From the NCBI GenBank assembly GCA_964194865.1, contig CAXMOC010000275.1, positions 1,482-65,481 on the forward strand: 64,000 nucleotides of DNA, in the 5' to 3' direction. The notes below the pieces were generated by a model. The model saw only the letters and a list, made by a program, of their open reading frames with translations, made no database searches and had not been told where the DNA came from. Both the position numbers and the translations under genes were made by a program. The stretch is from an uncultured Opitutales bacterium. Its GTDB lineage: Bacteria > Myxococcota_A > UBA9160 > SMWR01. Shown in pieces: positions 10,712-18,286 of the stretch (the first letter of the stretch is position 1; each line of letters begins with the position of its first letter).

Positions 10712-12250
10712 ATGGACAACGGCTCGCAGCGCCTTCTGCTGGTGGCGAGCGCCGTAATCGGTGGCCTCGCGTTCTGGCGCCTCCTGATCTGGGTTCCGAC
10801 CAAAGTGTTGATGGCGTCCTACAACTCCTGGTTTTTCGTCCCGATCGATGCCTACCCCCAGATGATCTTTGCGATGGCGGCGGCCATGGTCTTTCACAGG
10901 CGAGGGCAGCTGCGCGAGGCGATGGAGGATCGCGGCTCGCCAGCACTCGCAGCGCTTCCGCTGCTCATCGGCGTGGCGTTGTTCCTCTGGGGCCATTACG
11001 TGGACACCATGAGCGTCGTCCTCCTCTCGTTCATGTTCGTCTCCCTGGGGGCGTCCCTGCTCTGGTACGGCGTCCGGTTCGCGAAGACCTTGCTGCTTCC
11101 CTTGGCGGTACTGGCCTTTGCGTTTCCGATTCCCGCAACTCTGACCAATCAGGCCTTCGCTGGTCTGCGAGTCGCGACGGCGACTCACGCGACTGCGTTG
11201 CTGTCCCTCACGGGGTTGTCCGTCATCCGAGAGGGCAACCTGATCCACGGCTCAGGTGTCTTGGCCCACGTCATCGACACCTGCAGCGGTCTTGGTTTCA
11301 TTCAGGTGCTGACTCTCGCCGCGGTCTTCTACGTCGGGTGGTTTCCGGCGCGTACACTGCGGGGTGCGCTGTTGATCGCCGTCGCTCCCGCAATCGCGTT
11401 CGTCTTCAATCTCGCTCGCGTGTGTGTGATCATCCTCGACCCGAGCTCCGACCTGTCGGAAACCCACGCGATGCAGGGCTGGTTGGTCTTTGGCGGGTCG
11501 ATTTCGGGCCTTCTCTTCGCCGACTTCGTGCTCGGACGGTGGCTGCCGAACCGGCCACCTCAGGCTCCCCGTTCCGAGCCCGAAGATACGCAGGGAATAT
11601 CGCTTCCGAGCGCATCGGGTGATCGTGCGCGAGGCGGCCCGGCTGCGGTCGTGCTCGCGGGACTGTTGGTTGCGATGCTCGGCGTCTCGGTCTGGATGCC
11701 CAGCTGGACCCCACCCGAAACGCGTCCCAAGCTCGACACCAATCTGCCCGCGAAGCTGGGTCCGTGGAAGCTGGATCGGGAAATGGCCATCGATCGCAAC
11801 TTTCTGTGGACCGTGCGCTTCCACAAGCAAGTGTATCGACAATACGAGCGCGATGGCGAAGTGGTGGCGGTGTTCATCGGCTATGACGACCGCAGCGATC
11901 GGCGTCGAAGTCCGATCTCCCCCAAAAACGCGGTGCCCGGCCGGGGCTACGAGATCGTGGAGCGGGGCCCCGTCGCGGTTCCGCCGTGGACCTCGAAGGC
12001 CGAGTGGGTGCTATCGAGAGTCGGATCGATCCGTTTTTTGAGCTTCTACTGGTATGAGGGTACCGAGTCTCTGGCCCGCGAGACGCTGCGCGCCGTCCTG
12101 GCGTTGGACCAATCCCCGTTGGGTCGCACACAGCCCGCACGCGTGATTCGCCTGACGGCCACGGTCGGACAAACCCCTCGGGCGCGCGAGGAAGCCAAAG
12201 CAAGGTTGCACGACTTTGCAGCGTCTCTCGCGGAGGCCCTCGGAGGTTAG
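10712..12250 (+). CDS. exosortase (EpsH family) fused to a C-terminal EpsI-family domain
   Basis: Polytopic N-terminal half carries the exosortase triad context: VIDTCSGLG (Cys), FNLARV (Arg), THAMQGW (His). The C-terminal soluble half contains SPKNAVPGRGY, which resembles the EpsI HSPxxCLPGxGW motif. Confidence 0.8.
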   Translation: MDNGSQRLLLVASAVIGGLAFWRLLIWVPTKVLMASYNSWFFVPIDAYPQMIFAMAAAMVFHRRGQLREAMEDRGSPALAALPLLIGVALFLWGHYVDTMSVVLLSFMFVSLGASLLWYGVRFAKTLLLPLAVLAFAFPIPATLTNQAFAGLRVATATHATALLSLTGLSVIREGNLIHGSGVLAHVIDTCSGLGFIQVLTLAAVFYVGWFPARTLRGALLIAVAPAIAFVFNLARVCVIILDPSSDLSETHAMQGWLVFGGSISGLLFADFVLGRWLPNRPPQAPRSEPEDTQGISLPSASGDRARGGPAAVVLAGLLVAMLGVSVWMPSWTPPETRPKLDTNLPAKLGPWKLDREMAIDRNFLWTVRFHKQVYRQYERDGEVVAVFIGYDDRSDRRRSPISPKNAVPGRGYEIVERGPVAVPPWTSKAEWVLSRVGSIRFLSFYWYEGTESLARETLRAVLALDQSPLGRTQPARVIRLTATVGQTPRAREEAKARLHDFAASLAEALGG

Positions 12251-12420
12251 AGCCGCCACCGCAGCAAATCTCCGGAGCTTCATGCCCAGAAGCACCGTGA
12301 AATCCCTTTAGTTCAGTGCTCCCCTTGCCGATCTATGAGAGTCGCAGCGTTGGAACGGGCATGCGAATTGAGATTGGCCGTTCCGTCCGCCGTTTTTCCC
12401 GTTCAAGGGGGGGGGTTGGC

Positions 12421-12999
12421 GTGCAGATCCATTCGAGGAAACGAGCCGGTTTCACGCTGGTCGAGCTGATGATCGTCGTCGCCATCATCGGCGTGCTCAG
12501 CTCCATCGCGATCCCCAACTTCATCCGCTGGGCGGCGCGCTCCCGGCGCAGCGAGGCCTACGTCAACCTCGCAGCCGTTGCCCGTCTCCAGACCATTCAT
12601 CACACCGAGAAAGGCCAGTACTTCGAGGCGGCCGCCTGGCCAGACTACGTCGCAAACGGCGGGCTCGGTACGAATCGGATGGAGTGGGACGCCGCTTCCG
12701 AGGCCGCCTACAACGATCTCGGATGGCGGCCCGAAGGCGAAGTCTTCTACACCTACGAGAGCAACACCGGAGCCACCGCCTGCACCTGCGCGACCTGCTT
12801 CACGGCAACCGCCGCGGGCGACGTGGACGCCGATGGCCTTCCCTCAGCCGTCATGTACGTTCACCCCGAGAGCGATATCGACGGCAACGTGACGGGTGAA
12901 TGTCCGTCCGGCTTGTTCGGGTTTGGCACGCCCGTCGATGGCAACGGCGACGCGATCTACGACAGCGTCGCCATCCAGCGATCACTCGATGAGTTCTAG
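12421..12999 (+). CDS. type IV pilin-like protein (prepilin N-terminal cleavage/methylation domain)
   Basis: GTG at 12421 is preceded by AAGGGGGGGG. Short basic leader VQIHSRKRAG, then FTLVELMIVVAIIGVLSSIAIP (G-1, F+1, E+5). Confidence 0.8.
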   Translation: MQIHSRKRAGFTLVELMIVVAIIGVLSSIAIPNFIRWAARSRRSEAYVNLAAVARLQTIHHTEKGQYFEAAAWPDYVANGGLGTNRMEWDAASEAAYNDLGWRPEGEVFYTYESNTGATACTCATCFTATAAGDVDADGLPSAVMYVHPESDIDGNVTGECPSGLFGFGTPVDGNGDAIYDSVAIQRSLDEF

Positions 13000-13071
13000 T
13001 TGCTCGAGACTCCAAGCGACAGCCTCATCGAGAGGGCACGTCCCGAGCCTTTCTGAAGGAACTCACAGGCC

Positions 13072-13389
13072 ATGACCGAGGCCCGCTCGAATCCTCGCGC
13101 AAGGTGTAGCATTCCGTGCGAGATTCAGAGTTCATCGGGCCGCGCCGGTGGCACCGTGCTCGATGCCTCCCAGGGCGGACTCTCGGTTCAGACCTCGATC
13201 GAGGCCGAAGAGGGCGAGGTTCTGCGTGTGCATCTCAAGGTGCCTGGAGAACGGGAGTCGCTGGAGATTGAATCCATCGTCTGGAATACCCGATCCGTCA
13301 ACGAGGGCGGAACGAGCAAGCGGATCTCGGTTCTGGGTCTGATGGTGTTGAAGGCCCCAGATGCCTACTTCAAGCTCGTCCCAAGATAG
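13072..13389 (+). CDS. PilZ domain protein (putative c-di-GMP receptor)
   Basis: RSNPR (RxxxR) and DASQGG (DxSxxG) motifs at the correct spacing. 105 aa. Confidence 0.75.
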   Translation: MTEARSNPRARCSIPCEIQSSSGRAGGTVLDASQGGLSVQTSIEAEEGEVLRVHLKVPGERESLEIESIVWNTRSVNEGGTSKRISVLGLMVLKAPDAYFKLVPR

Positions 13390-13541
13390 GGGCTAGACGG
13401 AGCCTCAGGGGACGCACCCACCTCGTTCCGGAACCGGCATCGCCAGCCTGCGCGAAGTGCTCGGTCCGCGAACGTTTCTCACGATCTGCGCACTGCTTGC
13501 CTTTGCGGTCGCGCTGGGGCGGTCGCGAAATACCTGAGCGG

Positions 13542-16226
13542 CTAGGTGCCCGGGTCCTGTTCGGCGCCTCGGGCTCTTCGAACAGTCTCGTAGCTCGCGC
13601 GGGTTTCCACGAGTCTTGCGTCGTTGGCTCCCAGCTCGCGCTCGAGAATCGAGACGGACTGGCCCAGTGCCGTTTCGGCGTCGCTGAAGTTGCGCTGAGC
13701 CGCGTAGACCTGGCCGAGATCGCGCAAGAAGAGCCCGTACTCGGCGCCCTCGGCACTCGCCCCGGATCGCAACAGCGGTAGCGCTCGCTCGTAGTGGACC
13801 TGGGCGTCCGCGTAGGAGTCTCGCCGCAGGAAGCAGTCGCCGAGGTGTCGGAGGCTGCGACCGTAGAGGAGCGGATCGGGTGCGTCGTTGCGTTCGTAGA
13901 TCGAGACCGATCGCCGCAAGAGTGATTCTGCCCGCAGGTAGTCGGCGCGTTCGAGCAACAAGGCGCCGAGGCCGTCGAGGGTCTCCGCGAGGTCGGGATG
14001 ATCGGAGCCCAACGCCTCCTCGCGAATTTCCAGGGCACTTCGATAGCTTGCTTCTGCGGAGTCGACCTTGCCCAGTCGTTGATAGGCTCCAGCCAGTTCG
14101 TAGAGGATGCGTGCGACGACCGCGTGCCGCGGGCCATAGGCTTCTTCGAGAGCTTCCAACGAGCGTCGGTACAAGGGCTCTGCGCTCTGGTTGCGACCGG
14201 TGGAGCTGTGGATCGACGCCAGGTTGCCGAGTAGGCTGCCGAGTGTCCGGAGGTTGACTCGCTCATTGTTGTCGAGCAGCGCAATGGCGCGTTCGTAGTA
14301 GGGCTCCGCGGCTGCCATCTGATCTTGTTGCATCAGACAGTGCGCGAGGCCACCGAGGCTGAACGCCAGAGCGCGGGTCTCGAGTGGCTCGGTCTGTTCG
14401 AGAATGGCAATTGCTCGCTCGAAGTGGGTTTGAGATTCCTTGTGGTGCCCGAGCTCGAGATTGACCATCGCCAGACCCAGGAGTGGCTGCGCGATCTCGG
14501 GATGTTGCGTGCCGCGTTTCTCCTCGAGTTCGAGCATCTGCTGATACAGGGTGATCGCCGTCGCGTAATCTCCCAACGCGGCCCAGCTGCCTGCCTGGTT
14601 GTAGCGGGCTCGGGCGCTGTTCTCGCTGTAAGCACCGAGCTGACGCTCGAAGATCGGGATTGCGCGATCGTAGAGATCGATCGCCTCTCGATATCGCGCC
14701 TCGGCCTGACGGAGCAGTGCCAGGTTGGCGAGCGTCTCGGCGAAGCTCGATGCGTCGTCGGGAGGCGACTCTTTCCAGATTTCCAGAGCTTCCACCAGGG
14801 ATTGGCTCGCCTTTGCGTGCTCGCTGCGAGCCAGCTGAAGTGCACCCACCACGGCGAGTGTCTCTGCCACGTGGCGATGATCAGCACCGAAGGCGATTCG
14901 CTTGTAGGTCAGCGCTCTCGTCAAGACCGCGTCGGCCCGGGCGAACGCCTGCTGGGAGAGCAGCGTGTCGCCGAGGTTGTGCAAAGTCATGCCGATCTCG
15001 GGGTGCTCTGGAGCGAGTACCTCCTCCTGGATTCCCAAGGCCGTTCGGTAGGCGCCCTCCGCCCCGGCCGCATCGCCGCGCTGCTTGTGGAGCACGCCCA
15101 GGTTGTTGTACACCGCGGCCACCTTGCGGTGGCGGGGGCCGAGCAGCTTCAGGCGGATCGTCAGGGCTTGCTCGAAATGTTCCTGGGCGGTGTCCAGGTT
15201 TCGAGCGTACTGCTCGACCAGGGCGATGTTGTTGAGTGTCGCAGCGACAGAGAGGCTCTCGTAGCCGTAGGCGTTTTGCCGGATCTGCAGCGCCTTCGTG
15301 TGGAGCTCTCGCGCGTCGTCCAGGCGCCTTTGCTGAGCCCAGACCGCAGCGATTTCGTTGATCGTGACCGCCGTGTCGACGTGGTATTCGCCCAGATTGC
15401 TCTCGCGCACCTCGCGCGCTCGTTCGAGCAATCTCAATGCCTCGTCGTAACGTCCCATCACGCGATACAACGACCCCGCATTGGTCAGAACCAGAGCGGA
15501 GAGCAGGTCTTCCCAGCCTCGTTCGACGTCGAGGATCTCGAGCGTCCGAAGATAGAGTTCCTCGGCGTGGCCGTATTGACCACGGTCGTGCTGAACCACG
15601 CCGAAGTTGTGCAGGCTTTCCGCCAGGGTCAGGTCGTAGGCGCCGAGTATTTCTTCGCGGATCGAAATCGCACGCTCGTAGAGTGGTGTCGCATCATCTC
15701 GTCGCCCCTGCGCCTCATAGGAATTTGCCAGCTGCTCGAGGCTGATTGCCAGCGCGACATTGTCCTCACTCGTGTCGTTCTGTCGGATCTCGAGTGCTCG
15801 CTCGTAGAGCTGCGAGGCATGGGCGAAGTTTCCCTGCACCATCAGCACACCCGCCAGTGTCTCCGCCCCATCGGCAAAATGGGCGTTGCCAACTTCGTTT
15901 CGCCACTCGTGGATCCTGATCCAGCGCTCGAGCAGGTGCCGCGCCTCGTCGAAGCGCTGTTGCCGAACCGCCAGATGGGAAAGAGCGAAGAGGCTCTGCT
16001 CGAGCCTGGGGTCGCCTTCCCCGTAGGCTTCGGACTCTGCGAGCGCCTCTCGCCAGATCAGCTCGGCGTCCGTGGTGTCGCCCCTGCGGTAGGCCGACGT
16101 GCCGTCATCGAGTGGGCCGGGGCCGGTGCTGCCACAGCCGACGGTCAGTAGAAGGAGAAAGACCAACAGCTCCAGAATCGAGGACATCCTCGTGCGTCGG
16201 CAATCCCTCACATCGGGCCGAACCAT
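13542..16226 (-). CDS. large tetratricopeptide-repeat lipoprotein
   Basis: ATG at 16226 follows GGAGAGGTGGAG. Signal peptide with lipobox LLLTVGC. The remaining ~850 aa are back-to-back TPR_12-like repeats (A..YERAL.I.E..LG..H...A..L.NL pattern). Confidence 0.85.
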   Translation of the reverse strand: MVRPDVRDCRRTRMSSILELLVFLLLLTVGCGSTGPGPLDDGTSAYRRGDTTDAELIWREALAESEAYGEGDPRLEQSLFALSHLAVRQQRFDEARHLLERWIRIHEWRNEVGNAHFADGAETLAGVLMVQGNFAHASQLYERALEIRQNDTSEDNVALAISLEQLANSYEAQGRRDDATPLYERAISIREEILGAYDLTLAESLHNFGVVQHDRGQYGHAEELYLRTLEILDVERGWEDLLSALVLTNAGSLYRVMGRYDEALRLLERAREVRESNLGEYHVDTAVTINEIAAVWAQQRRLDDARELHTKALQIRQNAYGYESLSVAATLNNIALVEQYARNLDTAQEHFEQALTIRLKLLGPRHRKVAAVYNNLGVLHKQRGDAAGAEGAYRTALGIQEEVLAPEHPEIGMTLHNLGDTLLSQQAFARADAVLTRALTYKRIAFGADHRHVAETLAVVGALQLARSEHAKASQSLVEALEIWKESPPDDASSFAETLANLALLRQAEARYREAIDLYDRAIPIFERQLGAYSENSARARYNQAGSWAALGDYATAITLYQQMLELEEKRGTQHPEIAQPLLGLAMVNLELGHHKESQTHFERAIAILEQTEPLETRALAFSLGGLAHCLMQQDQMAAAEPYYERAIALLDNNERVNLRTLGSLLGNLASIHSSTGRNQSAEPLYRRSLEALEEAYGPRHAVVARILYELAGAYQRLGKVDSAEASYRSALEIREEALGSDHPDLAETLDGLGALLLERADYLRAESLLRRSVSIYERNDAPDPLLYGRSLRHLGDCFLRRDSYADAQVHYERALPLLRSGASAEGAEYGLFLRDLGQVYAAQRNFSDAETALGQSVSILERELGANDARLVETRASYETVRRARGAEQDPGT

Positions 16227-16453
16227 GCTCCACCTCTCCACGCGATCGGGCGCGGTGGGTCCCCGTCACCCAATTCGATTCCCCATCATCACTTTTCGGT
16301 GGCCTGCAGGCCTTCCTTAGAGTGGGATTCCCATTGCGTCGGTGCGCGGGCCGCAATTCGCGTGAAGCTGGAGGCTTCCGCTGCGGCTGGTGCGGAATCG
16401 GGGATTGGGTGGCTTGGGAGGCGCCTAGCGCCAATGGAGCCGGGGCTAGCGAT

Positions 16454-17782
16454 TCAGCGGGGGCCCGCGAAGATCCACGGGTCGCCCAGCGTGGCGAAGC
16501 GCCCCGCCGACGTAATCGAGCTGCCGTCCATGAGCCAGCCTTCGAGCGAGCCGTCGGTGTGTCGCCAGATGAGATCGTCGGCCCCATCTCCGTCGAGGTC
16601 AGCGATGCTGGCCACCTGCCATTCGAGACCCCTCGACGGCAGCGATCCCATGCTGACGAGATCCGCGCCATCGAACGTCCAGGTTGAGGAGTCGCCGAGC
16701 GAGCTGCGGAGGAGTACGTCGTCCCGCCCGTCCGCATCGAAGTCGCCCACGCGGCCGAGCTGCCAGCCGGCTCCGATCTTGTCCAGGTCGATCGATTGCC
16801 GCACGAAGCAGCGAACGCCGACCGAAGAACCGCACGTCCACGGCGGCGATCCATCCACCAGGAGTACGAGTCTCAGTTCCCCTGCAGATGTTTGTACGAG
16901 CCAATCGTCGGTTCCGTCTCCGTCGAAGTCCCCCGAGCGGAGCTGCGCGGCGGAAGAGAATCCGAACTGGTGGTCGATTACGTCGATGACCGCGGCGCCG
17001 TTGAGCAGCCATGTCGACACCGCATCGTCCAATTCGTTTCGCATCGAGAGGTCCGAGCGCCCGTCGCCGTTGTAGTCGCCGACGGAGCCGAGAACCCAGT
17101 CGGCACCCGGATCGAGGACGTCGATCCCGGAGCCGGTCACGTAGACCGCGATAGCTCCCGTCGTCTCATCTCTCCACAGGACGTCGGGAATTCCATCTCC
17201 GTTGAAGTCGCCCGAGGTGGCGTCTCCGCCGGGTGAGGTAACGAGGTATTGACGGTCGAGGATCTCCAGCCCCGCCATCGACCACACCCGAACCACTCCA
17301 GTGTCGGTATTCTGGAGGATGAGGTCCGCCCCATCCAAATTGGCATCCGGACTGGGTGTCGGATCTGGAATGGGTGGCGGCTCCGAAACGGGTGTCGGTT
17401 CCGAGGTGGGTGTGTTACCGGGAATGGGTGTCGGTTCGGCATCCGGATCCTCGACGAACCGCACCGCCTCCGAGGGCTCGGACAGGGGTCCGATCGACCG
17501 AACGCGGCGGTGTATGGATACGCCGGCGACGGTGACGACGATCGAATCTCCGAAACTTCCATGGACCGTCGCCTGTGCGTTGCTCACATAGGCGTACAAC
17601 TGCATGGCCTCGTTGTTGAAGGAGACGCGGACCAGATACTCCGCTACCGGACCGGGCGCTGGATCCCAGGCGAAGGTCGCCGACTCGACACCAATGAGTG
17701 TCGTTGTCGCGACGGCGGGCATGGGCCAAAACGCAAGAGCCAAGCCCAGGGCGGCGAAAGCCGCCGTAGGTCTATGATGCAC
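16454..17782 (-). CDS. secreted FG-GAP/VCBS repeat (beta-propeller) protein with N-terminal FnIII-like domain and Pro/Thr linker
   Basis: Signal peptide AFAALGLALAFWPMPAVA. PT-rich linker. Repeated GDFNGDGxxDxLWR-type Ca-binding FG-GAP motifs, at least 5 copies. Confidence 0.8.
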   Translation of the reverse strand: MHHRPTAAFAALGLALAFWPMPAVATTTLIGVESATFAWDPAPGPVAEYLVRVSFNNEAMQLYAYVSNAQATVHGSFGDSIVVTVAGVSIHRRVRSIGPLSEPSEAVRFVEDPDAEPTPIPGNTPTSEPTPVSEPPPIPDPTPSPDANLDGADLILQNTDTGVVRVWSMAGLEILDRQYLVTSPGGDATSGDFNGDGIPDVLWRDETTGAIAVYVTGSGIDVLDPGADWVLGSVGDYNGDGRSDLSMRNELDDAVSTWLLNGAAVIDVIDHQFGFSSAAQLRSGDFDGDGTDDWLVQTSAGELRLVLLVDGSPPWTCGSSVGVRCFVRQSIDLDKIGAGWQLGRVGDFDADGRDDVLLRSSLGDSSTWTFDGADLVSMGSLPSRGLEWQVASIADLDGDGADDLIWRHTDGSLEGWLMDGSSITSAGRFATLGDPWIFAGPR

Positions 17783-17912
17783 GCTTGGTTCCCCCAGAAA
17801 GCCCGTGAAGTCACGCGGCGCAGATCATCCACGAGTTAGGGTACGCGGTAAGTGACCGCCGTCACATGCCTGTGGCAAGACCCAATACAAAACACTGTTT
17901 TGAAATTTCTCC

Positions 17913-18105
17913 GTTTCCCGTCGGTGGAATCCCCGTTTCCGGCCCGAGGAATGCCCGTTCCCGTCGGAGAGACGCCTGTTTCCCGTCTGAGGCATGCCTG
18001 CTCTCCGTCGGGCAGGTACCCGTTTCCGTCGGAGGATGCCTGTTTTCCGTCGGGGAGGCGCTCATTTCCCGTCGGAGGAGTGCCCGTTTCCGTCGGAGAG
18101 TGGCC
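17913..18105. repeat. array of nine tandem imperfect 20-22 bp repeats (consensus about GTTTCCCGTCGGAGGNNTGCCC)
   Basis: Read directly. Units start at 17913, 17935, 17957, 17978, 18000, 18022, 18042, 18064 and 18086. Seven of nine contain CCGTCGG. Confidence 0.9.
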
Positions 18106-18286
18106 GCGGCGGGCCTTCGGAAGGCGCCGCCCAAGCCGATCGGCTCTGGACGGTTGGTCACGCGAAACCTCGCAGTGTCGATCGGCCTCACGGCCGCGGA
18201 GCTCCGGAGAGTGTTCGATCTGGGCCCGGAGCGGGGTTGGGCTCGAAAACCCAGGCCTCGAGGCGTCTGCTAGCCTGCGCCCGCCC

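Noticed and set aside
12351-12365. Sigma54-like element TGGAAC-N5-TGCG upstream of the pilin-like gene. Pilin genes are often RpoN-dependent.
   Set aside because: The GG-to-GC offset is 11 nt rather than the invariant 12 of TGGCAC-N5-TTGC, and the -12 region lacks TTGC. It is not a credible RpoN promoter as it stands.
14325-16151. Long antisense or alternate-frame ORFs. Examples: 14325..16151 +, 18188..19588 -, 30454..31791 +, 34131..35858 +, 36254..37969 -, 38384..40144 -, 39583..40884 +, 49583..51160 -, 58293..60401 -, 60428..61837 -.
   Set aside because: They are stop-codon-poor shadows of real genes in GC-rich DNA. Their translations are Arg/Gly/Pro/Ala-rich with no motifs, and each overlaps a gene with clear family signatures.
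17913-18105. The repeat array considered as a CRISPR array.
   Set aside because: The units abut each other with no spacers, are only 20-22 bp, are degenerate, and have no cas genes nearby.
17852-18286. N-terminal 145-aa extension of the typA ORF, and other ORFs crossing the repeats (17866..18273, 17994..18290, 17836..18927 minus strand).
   Set aside because: Repeat periods are not multiples of three, so the predicted peptides are incoherent. TypA has a canonical N-terminus at the ATG at 18287.
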